Made by a program: the position numbers and the translations under genes. A stretch of DNA of 23,403 bases from contig JBBRBK010000028.1 in assembly GCA_038205935.1 (NCBI GenBank), positions 1 through 23,403 on the forward strand. The letters are read 5' to 3'. This document shows, one piece after another, positions 1 to 8,995 of the stretch. Source of the stretch: Campylobacterales bacterium (GTDB lineage Bacteria > Campylobacterota > Campylobacteria > Campylobacterales > Sulfurimonadaceae). The notes beneath the pieces are model-generated. The model was not told where the DNA came from, searched no databases, and was given only the letters and a program-made list of their open reading frames with translations. Positions within the stretch are counted from its first letter, which is position 1. Each line of letters begins with the position of its first letter.

Positions 1-50
1 TCTCTTGGATCTGGAAAAATCAGTTGATAAGAGAGACGAGGAATTTGCAA
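1..50 (-). CDS. aat: Leucyl/phenylalanyl-tRNA--protein transferase, N-terminal fragment (runs off the window)
   Basis: TTG start 3 bp after the clpA stop reads MQIPRLSYQLIFPDPR. The FPDP motif is typical of Aat N-termini, and clpS-clpA-aat order is conserved in Campylobacterota. Only 16 codons are visible. Confidence 0.7.
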   Translation of the reverse strand, partial: MQIPRLSYQLIFPDPR

Positions 51-53
51 AGG

Positions 54-2234
54 CTATTTCTCTTTATATTCAAATGTCAACTTTTTATCAAAGTCAATTG
101 TCACATCGCCGCCATTTTTTAGTTTGCCAAAGAGCATCTCATCAGTGAGCGGATTTTTGACATTTTCTTGGATAAAACGCACCAAAGGACGCGCACCCAT
201 CTCTTTGTCATAACCCATATGCGCAATATAACCTATCGCTTTATCGCTTACATGTAAGGCTATTTTTTTCTTAGCAAGCTCTTTATTTATATTGTTGATG
301 AATTTTCTGACAATGCGTTCGACTATATCCATTTTTAGAGGTTTAAATTCTACAATCCCGTCCAAACGATTTCTAAATTCAGGTGTAAAAAACGATTTCA
401 AAGCCTCTCCGCGAGAGAGTGAACTATCTGCATTAAAGCCCATCACATTGCGCTCACTCGCTCCGACGTTGGAAGTCATAATTAAGATGACGTTTTTGAA
501 GTTCGCTTTAAATCCATTATTGTCTGTAAGTGTTGCACTATCCATCACTTGAAGTAAAATATTTACCAAATCAGGATGTGCTTTTTCTATCTCATCGAGT
601 AATAAAACCATATATGGATGCTTTTTCGCGGCCTCAGTTAAGAGTCCGCCCTGCTCAAATCCCACATATCCCGGAGGTGCGCCAACCAATCTTGAAAGCG
701 CATGTTTCTCCATATATTCACTCATATCAAAACGCTCAAAATGCACACCTAGAACACTTGAAAGAGCGAGTGAGAGTTCTGTTTTACCAACACCCGTAGG
801 GCCTGAAAAGAGAAAAGAAGCTATAGGTTTGTTTTCACCTGTGAGTCCTGCGCGTGAACGTTTGACCGCTTCACTCACCTTTTTCACCGCTTCATCTTGT
901 CCGATAACCATCTCTTTAAGATCAGCTTCTAAGGTTGCTAGTTTTTCTATATCGCCCTCGCCTATTTTAGAAGTCGGCATTCCCGTTATTTTAGAGATGA
1001 TAGACTCTATATCGTGAGGTGTGACATTTTGACGTTTACGTTTATGTAAGTGAAAAGAAGCTCCTGCCTCATCCATAAGGTCGATCGCCACATCTGGTAG
1101 AAAACGGTCAGTGATATATTTTTTAGACAAATCCACAGCGGCATGTAAAGCTTTATCTGTGTATTTTACTCCGTGGTGCTTCTCATATTTTGGAGCTAAA
1201 CCTTTGAGGATGAGATAACTATCTTCTAAGCTAGGTTCTTCCACATCGATTTTCGCAAAACGGCGTGCGAGTGCTTTATCTTTTTCAAAACCGTTTCTAA
1301 ATTCTCCGTACGTCGTCGCACCCATACATTTAAGCTCACCACTCGCAAGAGCAGGTTTGAGCTGATTTGATGCATCCATACCGCCGCCATTTACCGCTCC
1401 AGCACCTACTATAGTATGGATTTCATCGATGAATAGGATCGCATTTTTCGTGGATTTTAGTTCATCCATGACAGCTTTAAGACGTTTTTCAAAATCGCCT
1501 CTATATTTTGTCCCAGCAAGCAAAGCACCAAGATCAAGCCCAAAAACAGGCGCGTCTTTAATGATCTCTGGAACATCATCTTCGCTAATACGAAGTGCGA
1601 GACCCTCGGCGATAGCCGTTTTACCAACTCCTGGTTCACCCACAAGTAAAGGATTGTTTTTCTTTCTTCTACACAATGTTTGGATAACGCGTTCTATCTC
1701 ATTATCTCTGCCAATTATCGGGTCTATCTTGCCATCTCTTGCTTTTTGTAGAAGATTAATCGTATATTTTTCAAGCGCACTCTCTTCTTGTCCTTCGCTC
1801 GAACCTATGACTTCACGATGCGAGATCGCCGCTAAGATATCCACTCTCTCAATATCAAAAGATTCAAGTAATGAACATGCGTATGAATTTGGCTCTTCAT
1901 AGATTGCCGCAAGCAAGTCACCTACTTCCGCTTCTTGCTTTTGCGCACTTTGAATATGGCGTATCATTTTGTCAATAAGACGTGAGAGCGCAACTGTTTC
2001 ATAAGGATCACTTACGATCTCTTCGGGAAGTTTATCCATACTTGTGAGAATGTACTCAGCGAGTTCTTCACGCATCAAATGAGGATCGCCTCCACACTCT
2101 TTGATGATGGAGATTCCATCTTGTGAACCTAAAATTGCGAAAAAAACATGCTCGATCGTAAGATACTCATGTCTTTGATCTTTGGCATAGGTAAGAGATT
2201 GTTGAAAAATTGAATTAAGTTCTGCGCTAATCAT
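54..2234 (-). CDS. clpA: ATP-dependent Clp protease ATP-binding subunit ClpA
   Basis: 726 aa with Clp N-domain (HEYLTIEH) and two AAA modules (GEPGVGKT/FIDEIH; GPTGVGKT/LLDEIEKAH). No M-domain; directly downstream of clpS. Confidence 0.96.
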   Translation of the reverse strand: MISAELNSIFQQSLTYAKDQRHEYLTIEHVFFAILGSQDGISIIKECGGDPHLMREELAEYILTSMDKLPEEIVSDPYETVALSRLIDKMIRHIQSAQKQEAEVGDLLAAIYEEPNSYACSLLESFDIERVDILAAISHREVIGSSEGQEESALEKYTINLLQKARDGKIDPIIGRDNEIERVIQTLCRRKKNNPLLVGEPGVGKTAIAEGLALRISEDDVPEIIKDAPVFGLDLGALLAGTKYRGDFEKRLKAVMDELKSTKNAILFIDEIHTIVGAGAVNGGGMDASNQLKPALASGELKCMGATTYGEFRNGFEKDKALARRFAKIDVEEPSLEDSYLILKGLAPKYEKHHGVKYTDKALHAAVDLSKKYITDRFLPDVAIDLMDEAGASFHLHKRKRQNVTPHDIESIISKITGMPTSKIGEGDIEKLATLEADLKEMVIGQDEAVKKVSEAVKRSRAGLTGENKPIASFLFSGPTGVGKTELSLALSSVLGVHFERFDMSEYMEKHALSRLVGAPPGYVGFEQGGLLTEAAKKHPYMVLLLDEIEKAHPDLVNILLQVMDSATLTDNNGFKANFKNVILIMTSNVGASERNVMGFNADSSLSRGEALKSFFTPEFRNRLDGIVEFKPLKMDIVERIVRKFINNINKELAKKKIALHVSDKAIGYIAHMGYDKEMGARPLVRFIQENVKNPLTDEMLFGKLKNGGDVTIDFDKKLTFEYKEK
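247..258. repeat. Palindrome CTTACATGTAAG, exact copy 1 (in clpA)
   Basis: Read directly; encodes LHVS. Confidence 0.9.
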
Positions 2235-2533
2235 TACTCTTCCTCCATAGTTGCTTTAAGTGGGAAACCCTGCTCTCGAGCTAGTTTGTGAACTTGCATA
2301 ATCTTTGTTTCAGCTATTTCGTAGCTATAAACTCCGCAAAGTCCTTTATCTTTTTTGTGGATATCAAGCATAATCATCTCTGCTTGTTGGTAGTTTTTAT
2401 GAAAGACATTCATAAGTATATCGATCACGAAATCCATAGAAGTGTAGTCGTCATTTAGAAGAAAGACTTTATATTTTTTGGGCAAAGCAACGGAGAGCTC
2501 CGCGCCTGCCTCATACTCTGTTTTTATACTCAA
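2234..2533 (-). CDS. clpS: Clp protease adaptor ClpS
   Basis: YKVFLLNDDYTSMDFV and GFPLKATMEE motifs; TTG start after AGGGA; TAATG overlap with clpA. Confidence 0.96.
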   Translation of the reverse strand: MSIKTEYEAGAELSVALPKKYKVFLLNDDYTSMDFVIDILMNVFHKNYQQAEMIMLDIHKKDKGLCGVYSYEIAETKIMQVHKLAREQGFPLKATMEEE

Positions 2534-2613
2534 AATAGTCCCTAAAATAGTGTTTCAATATCGAAAAATCAACTTTACCTATTTTTTTGTATTTCTTGGC
2601 TTAAACTCTTTAG

Positions 2614-3849
2614 CTATTTTGCCGCGTTTAAAAAATCATCAACTATGTCTTGTGGGTTTTCAAGCCCAATAGACACACGAATCAGTCCATCGGTAATCCC
2701 AAGAAACTCTCTTGTTGGTGCATCAAAATCTCTATAAATAGTTGAAGCCATATGTAAAGCCAAAGTTCTGCTGTCACCAATATTTGCTGTAATAGTTGCA
2801 AGTTTTGAGCTATTTAAAAATTTGTAAGCTTTCTCTTTTGTTCCCATGTCGATAGTAAAAAGTGTGCCACAACCATTTACAAAATCACTCAAATATCTTT
2901 CGTGATGAGGATGAGATGCAAGGCAAGGATGGTTTACATGTAGGCCTCTTTCATTCAAACCTCGAACGATTTTTTCAACACTTTCTACGATTCTATCCAT
3001 ACGAAGAGGAAGTGTTTCGATTCCTAGCATAGTCAAATAGCTATTATACGCACTCGCGCTCATACCAAAGTCACGCATCGCACGTTTTTTCGCATTGGCA
3101 ATCAGTGCCATTTTGCCCATTTTTTCTATGAACTTATGCACCTCTTCATATCTTGCAGTCTTAAATTTGTCATCATTTTCATTTATTGCACGAAAAACTA
3201 CAGCACCACCAAGCGCCGCCGCATTTCCGCTGATAATCTTTGTCGTAGAATACACGACAATATCCGCGCCAAGAGCCAGAGGCACGACACTTAGAGGCGT
3301 GATAGTATTATCTACCATCAAAACAACGCCTGCGTCATTTGCTATTTTTGCTATTTTCTTGATATCTGGAAGGCGCATATTTGGATTGCCAACACTTTCT
3401 AAAAAGATGATTTTTGTTTTATCTGTAATCGCATTTTTGATTGCTTCGAGTTCATCAACGTCAAAAAATGAAGTCGTGATACCAAAGCGTGTCAATGTTT
3501 CGGTAAAAAACGAGTAAGTTCCGCCAAATAAACCGCCGATGCTGATAATCTCATCGCCCGTTTTTAAAAGTGACATACACGCCAAAGTAGTCGCCGCCAT
3601 TCCAGAACTCGTCACGATCGCGCCGACTCCGCCGTCCATATTTGCAAGGATTCCCTCTAATTGTGCCGATGTAGGATTTCCCATTCGAGAGTAAAGAGGT
3701 TTTTTCACACTGCCATCAAAAATCCCCTCGCCTGTTTCACAATCGCCATAAGCAAAAGAAGCAGAACCTACGATACTTGGACTCACTGCGCCCTCTTTTT
3801 TCCCGACTGATTGAACAAACTGTGTACAAAAATTTTCAAAACGATTCAT
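2614..3849 (-). CDS. Cys/Met metabolism PLP-dependent enzyme (O-acetyl/O-succinylhomoserine sulfhydrylase, MetY/MetZ-like)
   Basis: YSRMGNPT, SSGMAA, DNT, PLP-lysine motif YSTTKIISG, NIGDSRTL and LIRVSIGLE. Confidence 0.85.
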   Translation of the reverse strand: MNRFENFCTQFVQSVGKKEGAVSPSIVGSASFAYGDCETGEGIFDGSVKKPLYSRMGNPTSAQLEGILANMDGGVGAIVTSSGMAATTLACMSLLKTGDEIISIGGLFGGTYSFFTETLTRFGITTSFFDVDELEAIKNAITDKTKIIFLESVGNPNMRLPDIKKIAKIANDAGVVLMVDNTITPLSVVPLALGADIVVYSTTKIISGNAAALGGAVVFRAINENDDKFKTARYEEVHKFIEKMGKMALIANAKKRAMRDFGMSASAYNSYLTMLGIETLPLRMDRIVESVEKIVRGLNERGLHVNHPCLASHPHHERYLSDFVNGCGTLFTIDMGTKEKAYKFLNSSKLATITANIGDSRTLALHMASTIYRDFDAPTREFLGITDGLIRVSIGLENPQDIVDDFLNAAK

Positions 3850-3863
3850 AAGTAAACCTAGTA

Positions 3864-3884
3864 TAAAATTGCGATATTATAACA
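3864..3884. promoter_or_regulatory. Overlapping divergent sigma70 -10 elements for bioD (+) and the sulfhydrylase (-)
   Basis: TAAAAT at 3864-3869 (+) and extended TGTTATAAT at 3884-3876 (-) in a 47-bp intergenic gap. Confidence 0.5.
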
Positions 3885-3896
3885 AAAAGTTGATAT

Positions 3897-4544
3897 ATGA
3901 AAAAGAGAATATTTATAACTGCGACAAATACCAACATAGGTAAAACTTACACGACAAAAAAACTTTTATACGGCTTTGCTAAAATGGGTTTGGCTGTTGG
4001 TGTTATCAAGCCTATTGAAACGGGAGTTGTAGAAGATTATGCGCCTGATGGAGAGGAACTTTTAGAGTGTGTAAAATCGCTCAATCCAAAACTTTGGTCA
4101 CTTGAAGTGGAAGATATCGTTCCCATTACATATGAACTCGCCGCCGCTCCATATGTTGCTTCTTCCAATACTCCGCTCGATTTAAAAAAGATTATGCAAG
4201 CCATTGAAGCGATGGAGGCAAATTGCGATATCGTGCTTATCGAAGGTGCGGGCGGTCTTTATGTACCGATTGACGAGAATACGATGATGATAGATCTCAT
4301 CAAAATGCTTGATGCCAAAGCATTGTTAGTGACACACTGTTCTTTGGGCTGTATTAATGACACACTTTTAAGTAAGAAGGCGCTGGAAGCCTTACATGTA
4401 AGCCATTTAGTCGCGTTTAATTGCAAAGAAGAGGATGAAAACTTTGCAACCGTGTCGCTTCCATATTTTCAACAAACTGCACAAGAAGTGCTAAAAGTCG
4501 ATGATGATATTGATTTGATATGCGAACTCTTGTATAATCTATAA
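3897..4544 (+). CDS. bioD: Dethiobiotin synthase
   Basis: FITATNTNIGKT P-loop, KPIETG, IEGAGGLYVP and LGCINDTLLS. Confidence 0.96.
   Translation: MKKRIFITATNTNIGKTYTTKKLLYGFAKMGLAVGVIKPIETGVVEDYAPDGEELLECVKSLNPKLWSLEVEDIVPITYELAAAPYVASSNTPLDLKKIMQAIEAMEANCDIVLIEGAGGLYVPIDENTMMIDLIKMLDAKALLVTHCSLGCINDTLLSKKALEALHVSHLVAFNCKEEDENFATVSLPYFQQTAQEVLKVDDDIDLICELLYNL
4391..4402. repeat. Palindrome CTTACATGTAAG, exact copy 2 (in bioD)
   Basis: Read directly; encodes LHVS. Confidence 0.9.
4533..4538 (+). promoter_or_regulatory. Putative -10 box (TATAAT) for pyrB inside the 3' end of bioD
   Basis: Perfect TATAAT ending 27 nt upstream of the pyrB ATG. Confidence 0.45.
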
Positions 4545-4565
4545 AAAAATTAAAGAAGTAATAAT

Positions 4566-5444
4566 ATGCAGCATTTAATCCGTACCGATGACTTTTCAAC
4601 ACAAGAAGTAAACTCCATTTTAGAAGACGCAAAGTACTTTAGCGATGGTCATTTTGAAAAAATTTTACAAGACAAGATTATCATTACGCTTTTCTTTGAG
4701 AATTCTACAAGAACGCGCAGTTCTTTTGAAATCGCGGCAAAACGTCTGGGTGCTGAGATGGTGCATCTTGACGTCTCAAAAAGCTCTACAAAAAAAGGTG
4801 AAACACTCGTAGATACGGCGATGAACCTTGACGCAATGGGTCCGCATGCTATCATCGTACGTCACGAAAATGCAGGTGTTCCAAAAATACTCTCAAACCA
4901 TACAAAAGCTGCCATCATTAACGCTGGAGACGGCGCTCACGCGCATCCGACTCAGGCACTTTTAGACCTTTATACTTTAAAGGAGCATTTTGGAGATGTC
5001 AAAGGCAAACGTATTGCCATAGTCGGAGATATCAAAAACTCTCGTGTTGCAAACTCAAATATTGAGCTCCTTACTCGTTTTGGTATGGAAGTTATTCTAG
5101 TCGCTCCGCCGCAATTTTTGCCAAAAACTTCTTTGTACACGACCCATAAGCTTAAAGAAGCGGTTGAAAATGTGGACGCCATTATGAGTCTTCGCACGCA
5201 AACAGAGCGCCACTCTTCACAAAACTATGCATCTCTTAAAGACTACGCAAGTGATTTTTGTGTGACCAAAGAGCTTTTAGGTGAGAAAAATATCATCGTC
5301 CTTCATCCTGGACCTGTGCATAGAAACATCGACATCGATGATGCACTTTTGGCTGATGAGCGTTGTAAAGTTTTAGAGCAGGTAGCAAACGGTGTGAATA
5401 TCCGTATGGCGGTACTGAAAAAACTGATAACGAATGCTAGATAA
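4566..5444 (+). CDS. pyrB: Aspartate carbamoyltransferase catalytic subunit
   Basis: [41 protein letters not shown] and HPGPVHRN. Confidence 0.98.
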   Translation: MQHLIRTDDFSTQEVNSILEDAKYFSDGHFEKILQDKIIITLFFENSTRTRSSFEIAAKRLGAEMVHLDVSKSSTKKGETLVDTAMNLDAMGPHAIIVRHENAGVPKILSNHTKAAIINAGDGAHAHPTQALLDLYTLKEHFGDVKGKRIAIVGDIKNSRVANSNIELLTRFGMEVILVAPPQFLPKTSLYTTHKLKEAVENVDAIMSLRTQTERHSSQNYASLKDYASDFCVTKELLGEKNIIVLHPGPVHRNIDIDDALLADERCKVLEQVANGVNIRMAVLKKLITNAR

Positions 5445-6369
5445 ACTTAACTCTCTTGCATCTGCGGGAGAACCTTTTCTCTTTTTTACCGATTTTCAAG
5501 CTTCAAAATTTCATGTTTACAGACTCGATGAACTCGAAGAAAATGATATAGAATTTTGTTTTAATGAAAATTTTACTTATAAAAATCATTCTCTTTCCCT
5601 TCAAAAATATCCGATTTCGTTTTTGAATTACAAAGAAAAATTTGATAAAGTCATAGAAAATATCAAGGCAGGCAATACTTATCTTTTTAATCTCACTGCA
5701 CCGACAACCCTTACATGCGAACATACTTTTAAAGAGATATTTAGCGCGGCAAACGCGCCTTTTAAGCTCAGAGTCAAAGATGAATTTGTTTGTTTTTCTC
5801 CTGAGCGCTTCATCACGATAGAAGGAAACACTATTTCGACTTTCCCTATGAAAGGTACGATTGACGCTTCTTTGCCTAATGCTAAAGAGCTAATTTTGGC
5901 GGATGAAAAAGAGATGGCAGAACATGTGATGATCGTCGATCTTTTGCGTAACGATCTTGGCATCATAGCTACAGACGTACATGTAGAGAAATTCAGATAC
6001 ACAGAAACTATCAATGCGGGAGAAAAAAAACTCTTACATGTAAGCTCCAAAATAAGTGCAACGCTTCCATCTAACTGGAGAAATAATCTTCCTAGCATTT
6101 TAAAAAAATTGCTCCCAGCAGGAAGTATCAGCGGAACACCAAAGAAAAAAACTGTAGAATTGATACAACAGATAGAAAACTATGAGCGAAGCTATTTTAG
6201 CGGTGTCTTTGGTGTGTTTGATGGAGTAAATTTACAAAGTGCCGTGATGATACGTTTCATCGAAAATCAAAATGGACAACTTGTTTATAAAAGCGGCGGA
6301 GGCATCACCTTAGACAGTGACGCACAAAGCGAATATAACGAACTCTTAGATAAAATCTATATTCCATAA
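5434..6369 (+). CDS. pabB: Aminodeoxychorismate synthase component I (short form)
   Basis: Chorismate-binding motifs [38 protein letters not shown] and SGGGIT. Confidence 0.9.
   Translation: MLDKLNSLASAGEPFLFFTDFQASKFHVYRLDELEENDIEFCFNENFTYKNHSLSLQKYPISFLNYKEKFDKVIENIKAGNTYLFNLTAPTTLTCEHTFKEIFSAANAPFKLRVKDEFVCFSPERFITIEGNTISTFPMKGTIDASLPNAKELILADEKEMAEHVMIVDLLRNDLGIIATDVHVEKFRYTETINAGEKKLLHVSSKISATLPSNWRNNLPSILKKLLPAGSISGTPKKKTVELIQQIENYERSYFSGVFGVFDGVNLQSAVMIRFIENQNGQLVYKSGGGITLDSDAQSEYNELLDKIYIP
6033..6044. repeat. Palindrome CTTACATGTAAG, exact copy 3 (in pabB)
   Basis: Read directly; encodes LHVS. Confidence 0.9.
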
Positions 6370-6378
6370 AGAGGCACT

Positions 6379-7767
6379 ATGAATATAAATAATTTTTTAA
6401 CAAGCGGACTTCTCTTTAAACATGAAGAACAAAAAATACAAAATCGTTACAGTATGGTTAACATCTCTTTTATACTTTCCTCTCTTGCTCTTATCTATGG
6501 AGCTTTTCATAACTATTTTTCAAACGATGTCACACTCTCATATTTTGAGATTGGAATCGCTTTTTTTAATATATTTTTAAGTATTCTACTTAGAATAAAA
6601 AGAGAGTATTTTGAGACTATTACGACTATCTTCTGTCTGGAATACTTGATATTTTTTAACCTACTTATACTTTTTCATGTTCCAAATGAGCTCAAACATA
6701 TCTGGATATTTACCTATCCAATAGTTCTTTTATATTTTACGGACAAACATGGTCTCTATTGGATCGGTGCATTTTTAACAACGATGTTTGCACTTAACCT
6801 TCAGCCTTTTATCCCAACAAGTTACACCCTTTATCAGATCTCATATTTAGCTCTTGCTCTTATCATCATAACTGTCATTACTCAGCTTTACAGAAATAGA
6901 ATAGATGAATATGAAACAACGATACAAAAACAAAATAGTGAGCTTGAAAATTTTTCACACTTGCTTCAAAATGAAGTGAACCAAAAGACTAAAGAGCTGC
7001 TTTTGATGAATCTCAATCTTGAAATCCAAGTAGATCAAAAAGTGAATGAGCTTTTAAAAAAAGATAGAATCATCCTCTCGCAATCCCGTCACGCCGCGAT
7101 GGGCGAGATGATAAGTATGATTGCACATCAATGGAGACAGCCACTTTCAAATATTACACTCCAGATCTCAAATCTTCAGATAAATTCAATGTTACGACAG
7201 ATAGAGCCACAAGAAGTATTGACAAAATTAGAGAGTATTTCAGATACTATCATCTATCTCTCTGAAACTATTGATGATTTTCAGACCTATTTTCAGCCAA
7301 ATAAAGAAAAAGAAAATATTAGTATATGTAAAGTTATAACAAGAGCTATTGGCTTTACCAACCCAAAAGCTTTGGCAAAAAATATTGATATTAGGTTTGC
7401 ATGTAAGGACGATATTTGCATAAATACACACTCCAACGAGCTTGTTCAAGTACTTATCAATATTATAAATAACGCGATAGATGCGACCATACTCAACAAT
7501 CCATCAAATTCCACGATCACTATTAATAGTGATCTATGTGAGGAAGATGAGTATATATATCTTAATATAAGAGACCATGGCGGCGGAGTTTCAGATGGGA
7601 TCAAAGAGAAAATATTTGAACCCTATTTTAGTACGAAGGGGAAAAATGGCACCGGTATCGGTCTTTATATGAGCAAGATGATTATAGAAAATCATCTTGA
7701 TGGCAAAATTGACGTACGCAATCAAAATGACGGTGCAACATTTAGATTGAAGATACCTATCAATTGA
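6379..7767 (+). CDS. Membrane-bound sensor histidine kinase
   Basis: About 6 N-terminal hydrophobic helices, coiled coil, H-box MIAHQWRQPL, N-box NIINNAIDA, DHGGG, FEPYFSTK and GTGIGLY. Confidence 0.93.
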   Translation: MNINNFLTSGLLFKHEEQKIQNRYSMVNISFILSSLALIYGAFHNYFSNDVTLSYFEIGIAFFNIFLSILLRIKREYFETITTIFCLEYLIFFNLLILFHVPNELKHIWIFTYPIVLLYFTDKHGLYWIGAFLTTMFALNLQPFIPTSYTLYQISYLALALIIITVITQLYRNRIDEYETTIQKQNSELENFSHLLQNEVNQKTKELLLMNLNLEIQVDQKVNELLKKDRIILSQSRHAAMGEMISMIAHQWRQPLSNITLQISNLQINSMLRQIEPQEVLTKLESISDTIIYLSETIDDFQTYFQPNKEKENISICKVITRAIGFTNPKALAKNIDIRFACKDDICINTHSNELVQVLINIINNAIDATILNNPSNSTITINSDLCEEDEYIYLNIRDHGGGVSDGIKEKIFEPYFSTKGKNGTGIGLYMSKMIIENHLDGKIDVRNQNDGATFRLKIPIN

Positions 7768-7769
7768 AA

Positions 7770-8189
7770 TTATTCTTTGCCTTTATATTCTAGCTTTGCT
7801 GCATTGATATCTTCTTGAAAATCTAAAGCTTCTTTAAATCCTACAAGATCCCAGACACTTTTCTCTGTTGTTGGATCTATAAAATGCGTTGTTGGAAAAA
7901 AGTGTGATCGAAAAGACTCTGGCATCGAATCATTTCTATCAATTAAGACTTTTACAAAACCATCAAGTTTCATTTTAATCGTAGGATCTTTAAGTGTCTC
8001 TTTTTCAAATCGTTTACACCAATGACATCCATCTCTTACCAAAACTAACATTATAAGTTTATGTTCTTTTTTTGCTTTAGCCAAACCCTCTGCATATGAG
8101 TTGCTATATCCCAATTCACTTGCCGCAACACTCGCTTGATTTGCCCATAACGAAAGAGCAAAAGCTACGAGTAAAACTACTTTTTTCAT
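7770..8189 (-). CDS. Periplasmic thioredoxin-fold protein (SoxW/Thioredoxin_7-like)
   Basis: Signal peptide, CHWC active-site motif and FPTTHF cis-Pro loop. Confidence 0.8.
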   Translation of the reverse strand: MKKVVLLVAFALSLWANQASVAASELGYSNSYAEGLAKAKKEHKLIMLVLVRDGCHWCKRFEKETLKDPTIKMKLDGFVKVLIDRNDSMPESFRSHFFPTTHFIDPTTEKSVWDLVGFKEALDFQEDINAAKLEYKGKE

Positions 8190-8197
8190 ATCTATCC

Positions 8198-8938
8198 TTA
8201 GTGTAATCTATAATTTATCGGCAGTTCTAAAACCAAATCTTCTGATGGAGCTGGTAGCTTGCCATCAAGTGCTTCTATGGTTTTTCTAGCTGCACTATCG
8301 AGTATTCCCGGTGAACTCTTTATAATTATAATATCTTTTATACCACTATTTTTTAAAAGCGTGAATTTTACTACGACTTCTCCTTGAATCCCTCGTTTTC
8401 TCGCACTCAGTGGATAATAGAAATTCTCTTGTAACATCGCTCTTATGGCAGAGAGATTTGTCTGGACATACTGTTTTTGTACGGAAGGTTTTGGAGCTTG
8501 TGTTTTAGGTTCTGTACTTTGAAGAGTTTTAGTTTCTTGCACTACAGGTTTTGACAGAAGGGTCTTCTCTGACGTTGGCGCAACGACTACACTGTTTTGC
8601 TCTGATGGGTTAGAACTCGGCTGAACTATCTCTTTTTGAACTGTCTTTTGCACTATATTTTGAGCAACTATCTCTTTTTTTACAAGCTCAGACACTTGTT
8701 TGGCAGGAGGAAGTTTTTTAAGTTCTTGTTTTGGAGGATTTTGAATCACTTTTTGAACTTCTGGCTCCTCTTTTGAGTTACATGTACAGCTACTTTGCGC
8801 AACACATTGACAAAGATTAATAGGAATTCTATGTTCTTTTTTTTGTGGTGTTATAGAATTATATAAAAATAAGGCAGAGATAAGCAGAACAAAATGAACG
8901 CCAAGAGAGATAAAAAAGGAGCTGCGGCGGGATATCAT
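8198..8938 (-). CDS. tonB: Energy transducer TonB family protein
   Basis: Transmembrane helix with SLGVH, Pro/Lys/Gln-rich linker and C-terminal YPLSARKRGIQGEVVVKF. Start placed at ATG 8938 rather than TTG 8959. Confidence 0.88.
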   Translation of the reverse strand: MISRRSSFFISLGVHFVLLISALFLYNSITPQKKEHRIPINLCQCVAQSSCTCNSKEEPEVQKVIQNPPKQELKKLPPAKQVSELVKKEIVAQNIVQKTVQKEIVQPSSNPSEQNSVVVAPTSEKTLLSKPVVQETKTLQSTEPKTQAPKPSVQKQYVQTNLSAIRAMLQENFYYPLSARKRGIQGEVVVKFTLLKNSGIKDIIIIKSSPGILDSAARKTIEALDGKLPAPSEDLVLELPINYRLH

Positions 8939-8944
8939 CTTAGA

Positions 8945-8977
8945 ATGATACCGCAGCAACTGTTACAGTTTTGTTAA
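8945..8977 (-). promoter_or_regulatory. Putative tonB promoter with -10 box and regulator site
   Basis: TATCAT at 8950-8945, 6 nt before the ATG; TGTTAC/TGTTAA direct repeat with 11-bp period (8961, 8972); palindrome AACTGT-T-ACAGTT (8958-8970). Confidence 0.4.
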
Positions 8978-8995
8978 GAGTCAAATCTGATTAAA

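Noticed and set aside
5434..6369. Short pabB as a possible truncation or pseudogene
   Set aside because: Catalytic motifs are intact, and short PabB forms are normal in this group.
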